64,000 nucleotides of DNA from Asterias rubens (GCF_902459465.1 NC_047066.1:7192001-7256000); one strand, 5' to 3'. Shown: positions 10,707 to 24,400, counted from the stretch's first letter. Notes: generated by a model from the letters alone, not told the origin. A program made the numbers and translations.

Positions 10707-12604
10707 CTGCTGGTGGAAGAGAAAAAAAGACAAAAAAACATCATCACTTTTGGGTAGAAAACAAACACTTTTGGGGCAGAAAACACTGTAAATACCGGGT
10801 GAATTTGGACACAAACAGTTTAGTTGAGTCCATTACATTCATTGCACAACCATCAAAATACATTGAGGAAAACTCCGAACCGGCACTCATGCCCACTAAA
10901 TGGGAACGTTATTTGTACAGCGGTGTTTTTTTTTCAAAAACCATAGAAGTAAAAGAGGAAATCGTATGATCCGCAAAGCACTTGAATGTTTGTAGACCTT
11001 TAATGAACAAGTAACTCTTAAAAGAGGTCATTGAAGAAAAAAAAATGTTTGAAATGAAAGTGAACATAAATTACCAACTAAACAGGAAATGCACGTGTCA
11101 TCTAAAATACACAAGGCAGTTTTATGATGAAAGCGAGAAAAACAAGGGAGAAATTTATCTGTTTTGACCAGGGCCTCGTAATGATTTTGTCCTCGAGTGG
11201 TGTCGAAGGACTAGCGGCCCACCTGGAAAGGGGAGCCCCTTGCTCCCATGGGGTGAGCCGGGCTGGCAAGGTGACCTTAGTTCCTCGTCGTTCGTCGAAT
11301 GTTCTATTCCAATTTTTCATAAACATGCTACATATACACCACAATATTTGTGTTTATTACATAAATAATTTACAATCTTTTCACTGGGATTGAACCTTGT
11401 GATTAACAAGCATAAGGAAATTACCAATTGGCAGTAAATCATTGAGTTTTGTCATTGGGTCTATTTCCATTTTGGGGTGATTTTTATAATGGAGGGTGTA
11501 ATGCCATCGTGACAAGGCTAGCACATTTCAATCAGCGAGTCTATTTTGTTTGCACTTCCGCTCTGAAACGACTAAAACCATTGAAACTTTAAAAAAGAAT
11601 CCCCCTACCCAGAATTTGCAAAGTATTGTTTCACTTCGCGGCAAAAGGGATACACTCCCATGGGTTTAACAAACAGAGAGAGAATGTTTAAGGCAAACAT
11701 TTCTATAAATGTTGAGGGTTTTCGTTTACTGTTTTTTTTTTCAAACTGAGTCCATTAATTGACTAAGTAGTCATTAAACCCGCGAGGAGAAACACTATCA
11801 CTGTCTGTCACGACCCTCAATGGGCGGCGTGGTTGACAGTGTGTACACAAAAATAGATTCAACCTTCGATTAATGAAAGTAAAATATTATTTCATCCGTA
11901 ATCTAGTGCATTACGCCACGAATTTGGCTTCCGTTTCAAGCCATAACAATCCGGTGTGGTACCCAACTACTGGATTCCTCACGCATGAGCGCATGGAACT
12001 CAACGGACAATACCTTTCAAGGTTTTGATGTTGATGGTGATGATTACCGCTATACGAAGAGTGAAAAAAAAACCTACAATTTTCTGAAATGGATTCTGAC
12101 AAAATTAACTCGACACAGGACCCCGCTAAAACGACAGACTAAAATCATGGGGTGATTGGCTACACGCCACTGTATGGGCTCTTACAAAAAAAAGAGCACT
12201 GGAAACAATGTGGAAACGATTAAGTGCTGATATCGCCGGCAGTGCTAAAATATTGAGTTTTTGGCGCCAATTGTTCGCGGGTAATTATCAACACAACACG
12301 TGGTGGAAACACTAACAACGCCCCCGAGTGCCACACACTCCCGTTTTATCTGAAGAAACAATAAGGAAGCGCCTATTTCTTTGAAAAGTTAATTTTTAAT
12401 AACAACCTTCATTTTTGTGATATAAAAATGATTGGCAGGATGGAAGTTATGAAAATTAAAATGCTCTATTTTGGGTGAAAGTTTGGTACATCATCAATGA
12501 TACCTAATGAAATAGAGGAACAACTGCACTACAGGGGGTGGGTTCCATGCGATACAACCGTTTGACAGTTTAATGATGGAAAATACAACGAGGGTAGAGG
12601 AACA

Positions 12605-12850
12605 AGAATGAAAGAAAAAACACCATTGTTGCATTATTTTGTGTGCTTTCAGATGCCTAATTAAAGGCTTTACCTTAAGTATTTTGTAATAAAGTGAAAA
12701 AGTATCTCATTCTCAAAAACTACATTACTTCAGAGGGAGCCGTTTCTCACAATATTGATAATATCAACAGCTCTCCCTTGCTCGTTACCAAGTAAGTTGT
12801 TATGCTAACAATTACTTTGAGTAATAACCAATAGTGTCCAGTGCCTTTAA
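12605..12850 (-). mobile_element. Kolobok-type MITE family 1, subfamily B, truncated; the only clear copy in the gene body
   Basis: Ends ...accaatagtgtccagtgcct|TTAA and shares the cagagggagccgtttctcacaat block with the upstream copies. Confidence 0.8.
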
Positions 12851-15800
12851 GCCACGAACGAAGACTTCCATTCGTACTTTTAAGAACAGGTGAAACAAGC
12901 GAAACGCACAGCATCGCTGGGATTTTAGTTTTTCTAAAAGCGGCAGGCAAGTATCAAACTCCATTCTTTGGTGACGAATAAGGGTCATGGGTCAACATGG
13001 CTGCCAGAGATAGTATAGTGTTTTATCTGGGCCAAGTGGTCCGGGCCCACTCAAGCCCCGATCAAGCCGACGACACTGGGGTACTTCAGAGCGATTGTCA
13101 GAGGGCTTGTAACACGGTACACAAGTCACTTGAGTCCAAGGGCGGAGTGTGTGTGTGTGTGCTCCGCTGTATACAAAAGCGACTGATAAATAACCGACTG
13201 TGTACTGATTAAAGACTCTCATTTATTCCAACATTATATTTTTTGTGGTGGGGGGGGGGTGTCGTTAGGGGTGGGAGACACACACACATCAGTGTGGTCC
13301 AGGTTAGTGTACCTGTGTATCACTGTACAACCCCGAATACTAAACAAGTCGGCAAAGTGTAAAGGGACCTTTTTTCCAGCGTGTGCCGATTCACGCCTTG
13401 GTGTCGCCTCTGCGGCAGCCGTAATTGATGTCTGAACTCTCTTGATCAAAAGGCAAACGGTGGCGCTGGCAGATCTATCCCCGCGATACGACTGATAAGG
13501 TAGACTACGGTCTCTAGGTTTTTGTGTGTGTAGATACCACGATGGTCCAGCCACACATCTTTCCCTTTCTTTTGAGCCACACCGCCACTTAGCAGTTGTG
13601 GTGCTAGCGACTGTGTTTAACATCTGAAACAAAGGCCAAGTAATTAAATCATTAACCCACGACAGAATCTAGCTGTCTCCAGTGTCACTTCTTCTATTGT
13701 GTGCATAAGTAGACAGGGAGCTGCCAACACCAAGATACCGCAGACCGAAGAGAGATAACATGGTACTTCACGCCAAATAACACCACAGGTTTTACAGTCG
13801 CCAAATACACACAGATAAAGGATCAACTGGACACCGTTAAAAGTCTACTTTCTTCTTCAAGAGGGCGTTGAAATCCTGGATTATGGGAAGATCAGGACTG
13901 TCAAGGACCCTCAAACACCAAAAAGCCAAAGGGGGAGAGAGGTTGAGGAAATAAAAAGGGCTGTGGGCCCATCTCAAACTCGAAAGTATCTCCCAAAAGT
14001 GACAGATGCTGACTGGTACATGAGGTGTTTCCAGGCTGACCTATTCTGGCATGTGGTGTTTGCTGGAAGAGTGCGGGACACCAGCGATGTTTGGCGTCAA
14101 CCCGACAAGGCGGTGTACTTACGGCTAATAAAAAATTGCATAGTTCTCGCCGATTACGTACTAATAGCTGTCTGGGATGAGAATCGAAGTTTGGCACCCA
14201 GTCTACCCCAAACCAAAACACACATCTCAACACTGGTTTAAGGTTTGTCACTACTGTTTACTGTGTGAGGGGTTTATTTATTGTTTTAGCAGACGACAGC
14301 GATGTCTGTCTTCTTTGCGCGCGCTGATCGGAAGTGCAGACATTATCAAAAGAAACAGCGAAATGATATGACACTATACTTACAGATGGTCTCAAGGCCT
14401 AGGCCTACATAAAAAATAAATAAAAAACACTGTACTTTTTATTTTCCCTCAACTAGGGCGCGAGTGGAGACACATGATAAATTACTCATCATCGACCCTA
14501 CGAATTAAAAACAAGACGAACGAAGAGAAGAAGAAAAACAGCTTAATTTCAAGTTGTCAAAAGAGGCAACCAGATCGTGCGACCCATTTTATTTTCTTTC
14601 CCCGAACAATGTCTAATCTTCGCCATCTTCCGTACACCTCGACCGGCTGAGATAGGACTGTGGAACCGAGGTGTTTAACTGCATCCCTTTAAACTTTGCC
14701 GGCAACAAAAAACAGCAAAGCTAATCGCAACCATGCATTAATGTACTTTGCTCCCACAACTATGGTTTCCCTTTTCATCTTTCTTTGAGGCGGTCCAAAT
14801 AATTAACCTATATTTTTTTAGAAGCGGCTGAGAAAAAACATTCACATAATGCATCCAGTCCCAACATTTCTTATACAGATAGCATTTTGACTAATGTCCA
14901 ACATCCTCCTACAAATATAAACAAAGAGACGACGCCTCGAAAACACCGATGCACCGTGCAATCGGACCTGATACGAGAGCCGACGGCACAGTGTGATCAG
15001 GCAAACTGGCGCCAAAAACTTACGTCATGCGGCCATTACGTCATTTTAATCAAGCGACAAACTGCTGTTATCGCCTAGTATTGTTTAGTCTTGCGGCTTT
15101 GCGTTTAATTTTATTTTTCCACTAATGAACACGAATTCTCATTTTACACCCCCCCCCCCAATAAAACAAAATGGTTCTCCCCTATATCTGTGGACAAACT
15201 ATACAGTGGCGAATCCAGTGTTTACACAGCGATTGCTGGACCAGATATCCTCTTATCTTTTTAAGCCCAAACTAATCCCAGTTACGCCCCGCCCCGTCTC
15301 AGTGGTTTACTCGGGTCCCTTGATATCCCCAATCCCATCCCCCAATCGCCACGTCTGTCTGTCTGTCATTTATTTTATCACCCATCACCTCTCTCTGATG
15401 AGGAGTGCCGCTATCTTAAGTCGACGTAGAGGGCGGATCGTCAAACAAACTGCAACATTGTTCATAATCCGAGTGATCCAGTACGATTTGAATGACACCT
15501 TTTTTGATACAAATTTTACCTAACATTTAATGTTGTTTAGGTAGATGCAACAACTGTGCACATAAAAATGCAATCACAAACAAAACGTTTCAGTCGAAGT
15601 ACATTTTCACAATACTGTTCATCCCACAAAGGTTTACCTTTAACATGTTCTTTAAGTTCAACTTATGTACATGTGGATATTTGATTCAAAAGATGTATTG
15701 TCAGAGTTCAAAATTGTGCACCAAGTATAAAAACGAGACATAACTCTCCACGGATGGTGGTGAACTGGCGATCAACGACCAAAGAGTGGTTTTCTCATCA

Positions 15801-15957
15801 CGTCACGCGCAATAATAATGTTGAATACTAAAACTCAGCATTAAGTAAATCCACGCAGTCATGCTGAAGGATCAAAACATCGTCAGATTTTGTCTTTAAT
15901 GATTGAGGATAAACCAGGGCACGATTTCGTCCAGCACTGAGTGTTTTGCGCACACTG

Positions 15958-16116
15958 CAGGCCCGTATGCTTTGTTTTTGAAAGGGCAAGGGGGCACCAA
16001 TGCACTATCTCCTTAGTAAAGGGCATCCAATAAGGAAATTGTACAGTTCTACTGGGGCATTTGAAGGGGGCATGGAGGCAATCGCCTTCGTTGCCTCCGT
16101 GAAGTATCAGGCCTTG
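15958..16116 (+). mobile_element. hAT-like MITE family 2, copy 3
   Basis: caggcccgtatgc...gaagtatcaggccttg, with short CAGGCC TIRs. Confidence 0.65.
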
Positions 16117-18383
16117 CACTGAATGCTAATAATCAGTTAGCAAATGATGATTTTTTTAGTAGCAACTGAGACATTTTGCAGAACATTGGCAGGTCAGGGG
16201 TTGCGGATGAGAGGGGGGTGACAAGCTCGACTCTCATGCGAACAGCATCCCTCAAGATGCAAACAGTGGCGCTATAACACTTCATTAGCCCTGACACTAC
16301 GGTATAGAGAGTAAGATGTGAGTGATGCCTTCAATAATCCCTACACAAGACTGATCCATTGAGGAGAGAAAGAGAAGAAGCATCTTCTTCACAATAAGAC
16401 ACGGCTCCACGGAGGACCACTTGTCTGGCGTGTTAAGATTCAATCTTAAAGACAAACAGGTTAACCGATGGGTTGTCTTGAAAGGGAGGAGGGAGGGAGG
16501 AGGAGGAGGGGGTTGTATATTTGGCTGTGATTAATTAAGAGTAAATCCTATACTGGTATTGTCTGTGGTTGTGTTGAGTGTGTGTGTGATGTATATATAT
16601 ACATTGAGGAAGCAGACGTGTTATAGGGCATACTGCTACTATATACACTGTGAGTAATGGCGAACCATGTTCCGGCATGTCATCAGTATTAGCACAGATC
16701 GCATCGTGACGGGAGGATAAACAATGCACAGCCTTCAGCAATTAAATAAATAAATACAACAAATAGATACATTAATTTACGGAAGTCTTCCTCTTTGAAT
16801 GCAAGGACTACGTACCGATATTGGGTTTACAGAGGGGCTGCATACACAGCCTTTAAACAAAATGCAGATATGAAAATCGTGCTTTAAAACACATGCAAGG
16901 GTCAATCAACATGAAGAATATGGGTCTAGTTTCCTGACGTGTCTATCACACCATTCGTGATTCTACAACTCAACTTCAAAAACTGATAGAATAGTGGTGG
17001 AGTTAACCCAATCCAATTTGAGGTTTACCACAAATCAAGAAAATCGCACGTTATAATACCCTCAGTAACAATTCTGTAATAATAATAATATATTCACACG
17101 TCAAAAGGAAACCCACCACAACTGGAGTTAAAGCATGACGTCACTCATGACTGGGAGGTCTCTCTGTGTGTAACGCGTAACACAATCACGCCACACACCC
17201 CTGGTCCCCTGTCCCCAAGCCCCCATGGCTTTCGCTGGCTCGCAGACGCCTCAACGCCACGGTCTTTATTAAACCCACGGGTTACGCCGACTCAAAATTC
17301 ATAATAAAATATGTTTCCTAAATTAAGCCACATTGGGCCGTTCTTAAGGTGTTAATTATTACACCAGCGGGGACAGAAGTGCGTTTGGTGGCCGGTTTTG
17401 ATGAAATCCCGGGGAGCTGTGTTAGGCTAGTTTGGCCCCGGCACCACACGGCACGGCTGACACTGTGTTGTACGGTGGTGTGCGTGGTTTATAACCAAAT
17501 TAATGTTCGTCTATCGACAGTACGGCTGACTGAACTCAAGCCAAACGTACCGTGCCGAATGTTGTATTAAAATCCTATCATGTTTTTTTTTTAATCATCA
17601 ACATCGCTTACCGACGAATGCTTGCTGTTTCAACTAAAGAAACCGCCGTGTGGTAGTTTATTTAGCAAAAAAAACGAAAGTACTCTTATTTCAATCAGGG
17701 TTTGTTACAGTGTAAACGCTTTGACAGTTTAAAAGGACACCATCATTAATTTGTTTAAATGGTACATTCAAACTGTACTAATATAATACTAACTAATTGT
17801 ATCCATGTTATGTACTGTTGTTGTTAACACAAATTGTACCCATGGTTGTACCATTGGATACACAGAAATAGTTTTTAACTACCATGGTATGAATAGTGTG
17901 TTGTGTGTACTCACTCAAAACAATAATGGGCGATACCCCAATACTCAACATTAATAGTAAAAACAAGTCTTCTCAAATAATTATTGGGTTGTCAAGGTTA
18001 AACCTGAGGGGTGACGCCAACCTGAAGGTTGTAATTTAAAATATGTTTATAATGAATTAACATAATCAACCCATGTTTAACATCCATGTGTTTATCAACA
18101 TCATGGATGGGGGACATACATTTATTTACGAATGTTTAACATGCTTTTGTTTAATGTGACTTCACCATGGTTCATTTTGAAAGGATGTTGATTACTCCAA
18201 CGCTATCTGCGGTTGGCGAATGTTCGTAGGACAAAAATGTTATTTATAAAAATAAATACAAACTGAAAAAAAAAATGCCGTGTTTAAATCCTTCTCGAAA
18301 TGAGCAGATACAATTAATCAAGTTGAGTTTGAAAAAAGTCGAACTCAGTATTTGTTAATGTTCAATATATTTCATGCTGTGGG

Positions 18384-18398
18384 GTTGTTTTGTTGTCG

Positions 18399-18429
<31 letters not shown>

Positions 18430-18440
18430 AGTTGTTGTTT
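18384..18440. repeat. (GTT)n microsatellite in intron 2
   Basis: gttgttgttgttg run. Confidence 0.95.
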
Positions 18441-21400
18441 TGTGTTTTTGTTCTGCTTTTTGCTTTTGAGCTGATCTATCACGTCTTCACACAGAGGACA
18501 ATTCCGACGCAACATTCCGTTATTTGAAAGTCTCATCACGGGGTTAATGTACCTGTTTTGTGATTTAATTTTGGGCTAATAATGGTTTAGGGTACTCTAC
18601 CAGTTCACAGGCCAGCATCGTGACACTGAACGCAGGGTCTTCTACCCTCACACGTACCTACTCTCTCAGGTGTTTCCTTCCTTAATCTCACCGCAAGTCT
18701 CAAGTTGATCTAGCCGTTTGATTCGATGTTTTTCCCCCCATGGTTGCCACGGCCTAGTCATGCATTATAACCAACTATCCAAACTAGTGTTACTTTACTT
18801 ACATCGCATTTAAAAACTACGCAGTGTAAAATACCCCCCCCCCTCTTTCTTTGTTCCTGTGGACAATTAAATTTAGTGATAAGTTGTGATCATTTCCATC
18901 CCTCTCATTAATTTCTTGTATAGGAAACAATGCCACAGCCAGGTCCTTGAACCCTATGACCACCAGCGGCAGTAGTGCCTCTTAATTTGTTTTGCTAGTG
19001 CTACACAAATATATCACTGAACAAGAGAAGAAGACAAAAAAAAATACGTTATCAATCTTATGTGTATATTAGATCGCCCCACTTGGAAAATAAAGAGAGA
19101 AAGAAGGGGGGGGGGGACACACACAAAAACTGGGACATTGTTTGTTAGGCCCCGACCAGAAGCGTTGTAATTACGATCTGGGGTCGCCTTTTGTATATAT
19201 TCACAGACGCTATTACTATTAGTAAGGATCAAAGGTGAGTCTGGAACCAGAGCAGTGCTGCCGCCAACTCCGGGGCAAGATTCTGCGGGCATTTATCTTC
19301 CGCGTGGTGTCAAGCATGGCATAGATAGTATTATTGATCTAAAAAAAAAGTTTAAGTCAAAAGAGGTTATTGGGTCGTGCCATCCAATATTGATTATACT
19401 GAAAAATAATTTTTTTTTTAAATTGAGAGGAAAATTTAGAGAAAAACATCCCTTATAAGCAATAATTTGGTGAAAACTTTATTTGCGGGGGTCAAAAGAA
19501 AGTCCAACATTCAGTTTTTGTCAACTACTAAAATATCCATCCCAATAACACTTTAGTTGCAAGAGTCCAAAAAAAAAATTCCAATTAGGGCAAAGGTTTG
19601 TAAGTAAACCAAAGGAGGTTGAAAACCGCAAGAGAAACAAACCTAGCACACATTACAAGTTCGTTTAAATATACGCGCCGTTTCCAAATACACCTACCCG
19701 CGGAGATTTGCGAGTTGTTGTTTTTTAATGAGGCAAACAATCCGTTCCCGTCAGCAGTAAATCACCATCGAGTGGCCGGATCCTGACGCCCTGGAAACCC
19801 CTCTCTTTTTCTCTAGCCCTGCTTGGTCCGCGTTGTGTGATTCTGGACCTACGAGACACGAGATGAAGTATGGGCTAGTAACGTCCGGTTTACGGCCCGT
19901 CACAAGTGGAAAGAGTGAGTTCGGAAATCCGAAGTTACTCACAGATTACACTAACCTCACAGGCAGTTCAAGCGTGGTAGTTTTTTTCCCCCTTCTTTCT
20001 CACAGCTCTCCCCGCTCTTTCTAGCGAAGCCGATTCAACTATCGACAGATCTGACGCAAGGTTGTTGTTTTTTATTCTCTTCTTTTGTCCTCTCCGTCCC
20101 TCCTCTGCTTCCTATACTGCCCTCCGATGTAACGCATGAATTAAGACGTCATTTTCGGTGTTTGACAATCTTGACAACGTGTCGGGACAGAAATTCCTCA
20201 AGAAATCGAAGATGAGCGATTTCGCTCGGGATGACTAGATTGGACAGCTTTTTATACTCGAGCACAATCTTTTTTCCCCTCTTCTTCACTCTGTCGTCTT
20301 GGCAGCCTACTTGTGAAACGACTTCGATCGTTAGGGTGTTTTCTCGTGAAAGTGACGGCTAGAGATAACGCATCGCAAGAGCCCACACTCGACCTTGGCA
20401 CGGCTAAGAAATGTGTCATTTTCTGATTTTATTTTTTCTTCTTCTTTGCTGTTGTTTGGCTGTGTGAATCCCTCGATTTTTTTTCACGCCTCAGAACCGC
20501 TTATACACGTTCGAGTGTTTATTTTAACGTCGTGTTCTCTTTTTCCTGTTTGAAGGTTGCAGGCAAGAAAGAAAATAATCCAATACACGGCAGTGTTTTG
20601 CTGTGGAAATGGTTTTTGATTTCAGTGCTCGTCATTTAGCGTCGTTCTGTATATCATATTGTACAGCCATTGATTGAGCAATGTATACACGGTTTTGAAT
20701 CATACAGCAACCTCGTCTAATACAGTTCAATAATGTTTAGCTATGAATTGAGATAGACTACATTATTAATTATGTCAATCAACATTACACCACTACGTCA
20801 TTCAAAACCAATTCTATTTAAGATGAACATCTCAAATTGAACTGGCAGAAAAGATCGATTTCTCGTAAGCAAACAAAATGGAAGCACAAAATTATAAGCA
20901 ATGGCCTTCAAGCACTTCCATAAAAGTTTCATAAATGGACACAAAATTGATCTGCGCAAAAATGTCCCAATCACTTCGAATTTGGAGACACATTTTTCAT
21001 GTTCATTATCGGCAGAAGGGCTATGGAGACGCTGAGGAAGTAATAACGGGATGGGGGAAACTTCAATACTTTGTCAGCAGCCATGGGGGTTAAACCAGGG
21101 GTACTCCGGCACGACGCCAACCGGGACCAGGGGGCTGTTTCAACGGGGGAAAACACTCGCAGGTAGGTACCGACCGCAGTGCAACATTCTTATTAAAGAC
21201 GAGAACAAAACCGTGGTTTTTTTGTCTTCCTCTTTTCTTGTTTAAGGGAAGGAGTGTGTGTTTATGGATGTGAGAAAGACCCCTTTGGCAGGTGAAGGCA
21301 TATTGATCCAGCTAGGCGCCTTCTTAGCACCAGAACAAGGCTATACCTTAGAGTACTTTTGAAATAAATAAAATGATAATGCAAATATTGTCAAACCGGA

Positions 21401-24400
21401 ATCGTCGGTGGGTTTGACCACTGAGGGGGGAACTTGTGCCCGGGCTGCGGGGGCGGTTGCAGCCCGGGCTCCGAGCGTCCTCAGGCACGCTTGCGTCGGT
21501 TCTTCAGCCATACACACATAAAACAAGGTAGGGTTTTTCCTGGATGTATCAGTTTTTATGAATGGTGTACGATTGATTGAGTTAAGTCTACAGTTTCACA
21601 CCCACATGTGAACATTTTTCAAAATAAATACTTCAAGAAACTACATTTTTTGTCGGCCTTCCTAAAAATTTCATTAGAAAACATGACAGATTCATCAAAT
21701 ATTTGCGCGAATATAAAATTCACTAACATCAACAATAATTAGTTTCGATTTTGTATTTCTAGTCGAATAAACTAATACACCTCAGGCTTGAAGCCTAATT
21801 GAATAAGTAATGTTTTCCCAGTAGTAAGGGCATGTCATATTCATTTTGACTTGACCTACATTTCTACCTCTGGCAAAGGAGGTCTACTCTGCAATGTTTC
21901 TAAATTCTACATCTTTAACGAAGCACCATCAAATTAAAAAAAAAAAAACAGTTGTCACTCCACCTCACCAAACCTTTGTATCTAAATGAATTTTAGAAAA
22001 GGATTTTCCCCAAAGGGTATTGATTGAAGAAGACAACAAATAGTGTACTTTTTCCCTCAAAAACTACACAAGGTAAACATGACACACAAATCAGCCATTC
22101 ACATTGTACCGTGATTTTTTTTGTCGTATAATCAGTCGAACTCAAACGCAGTTTTCGCGCGGACTGAATACCCCCCCCCCCCCCCCCCAAGAAACGGAAG
22201 ACCAAGAAAAGAAAGGAAGCTGCTTCTCAGACGAGCGTCCTTAATCACAAATCTTCACTCCCTAGACAAAAAAAAAAAACCTCATCATCATCATCAACCC
22301 TTACAAGAATGGCTTTCTCACCGGGAGTGACAAGTCATGACATTGAAACGCCTTCCCACAATGACAACAACGAGTGCCATTGAATTGACATCTCTTGTCA
22401 TTGTCAACCACTACCAAATGAGAAGACTTGTGCGACAAGATTAAAGAAAAACACCATCCATTTTGTTTCGAAGGATAAACACAAGTGCAAGAATCCACCC
22501 CCACTTACAATCCTTTTCTTGTTTTCTTTCCACATCATTCGTACAGACCTTGGAAGCACCCCCCCCCCCCCCCCCCCCAACACACCACCAAATCAGTAAG
22601 CAATTCGGTATTGTAACAGTACGGAATAATAGCGGCGACACTGGGTCCGCATGCCCACCGTTCAAACAAAAATACGGGTCCAGAACTGGCGCTTCACACG
22701 TCCTATTAATTTTCGCACGCCGAAGGCGCAATATATTAACCTACTCATCTATCATGACAGAATTCCTTGTCAAACATTTCAGGCTCGGCAACACGATTTT
22801 TGTTTCTTTTTGCAGCTTGAAAGGAAAAACGTTTTTCATTGACTTCCTTTTTGTTTTCTTAGGAAATTTTATAGAGCAGTTGAACTTGTGCGTGTGGTGG
22901 GTGGGAGGCACACGGTGAACATTGGCAGGTGGACCGACTATTTCTGGAGTACATTGTGTGTGGTGACTTTATACTTTAGGAATGAATTTGATTTCAGTCT
23001 GGTAACCCAAGTCACTTTACTAAACCTGATGAGTTGACTCACGCAGCCGAGGGGAACGAAACAAATCTTACGTAAGTAAATAAGCAAGATAACGCCATTT
23101 GTATCAGAAACAAAGATAACAATATTTTTTTGTTTCCAAAACATAAAACAAAAACCTGTTCTGTTATTTTTGGTTCGTGTGTCAACACTTCAATTTCATC
23201 GGGCGACAAATTATCCCATTGCATTTTTCAAGTCATCACAAAATACATTGTGTATCCCTAGTGTATAGCATTAGTAATAGGAAACTGAAATTACTGTGCT
23301 TCATTTGTTTTCTCTTCATATTTCGGTAATCATATTGACATACGATATTACATAAAGAGATGTCTGGAGCGACCAGAGGCAAAGACTAACTGGGCAATGC
23401 AGTAGCGAAACCACTTCTTATAAATACCCCCATCTATTTGCACAGCATTTCACGTTTAATATAGACAAGTCAGTAGGTTCGCCGTCACCACCAACGCATA
23501 TTCCACGCCGACTATTTACTTAAATTTCCTGGACAAAAATTTAATATTTTGACAGGAAATTCCAATCGATTTTTCAAATCGAGCCAGTTTCATTTTTTTG
23601 TTTTTACATTTCAAGGTTCGTTTGTTCTTACAAGACATGCTTATTAAAAATTCTCTCCTTCTTTTGCCAGCAGCCACCATTCCATTTAAATTATAAATAC
23701 GAAACAATTGGGCCAAACCATTGTGTTTCTGTCTCTCATTAACTCAACAGCAACCGCCATTGACTCTCAAATTAGTCCAGCAATTTTTCCCCACCAGTGT
23801 TAAAAAGTCAAGTTGCAATATATACTGATTTGTATCATGATACAAAATTATACAAAGAATAATAACAGTACTAATAATAACCCCACACCAAATTCACCGT
23901 GAATCTTTTTCAGCTGTTCGAAAAACACGTACAACAACTAACCACACCGCGGGCATTTCACAACCAAAGCAGGGCACAACGGCTCTACTTATTAACACAC
24001 TCAATATAATAGCAAACCTGCCCCGATTGAAAAAAAGGGGCAGTGGACAAAAGAAGACAACTTAATATTTTGTCGGTGTTTTTTCTTTTCTTCCTTCAAT
24101 CTCTTCGGGTAAATCTCGCCCCAAGTGTGAAAATATGAATCATAAACAAGATAATGATGAACGCCCCGAATGGCATGGAGCTGCTTTATTAAAAAAAGAC
24201 AGGTCCTGAGGTTAGTCTATGGACAGTGATCGATTTTGTACGCAAATGTAAGTTAATAAAATGAGGGAAACAGGCTGCTGATCTGATCCGAGACTTACAC
24301 TCCGTTATTGTTTCATTCCACACGCTGATTTATTTTGTAAGGGTTTTTTTTTGTGAGGTTGGTGGATTTGTTGCCTTTGTTTGTGAAGTTGTACTTTTTT

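Noticed and set aside
10713-10814. Open reading frame extending 5' of exon 3, suggesting a TBX3+2a-like 20-residue alternative acceptor
   Set aside because: The upstream AGs (tttacag, 79 nt up, and the AGT codons) are out of phase with the phase-0 intron. Only the CAGCAG pair is in frame.
22463-22918. Long track ORFs outside the exons (e.g. 22463-22918, 34715-35143, 13234-13632, 15125-15523, 37113-37505)
   Set aside because: No recognisable domains, low-complexity or homopolymer-driven composition, and many use non-ATG starts.
23026-23110. CTGATGA...GAAAC with a possible stem II and stem III (ACAAAT/ATTTGT-A), resembling a hammerhead
   Set aside because: No stem I can form on either side and stem II is weak. 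Likely a chance match.
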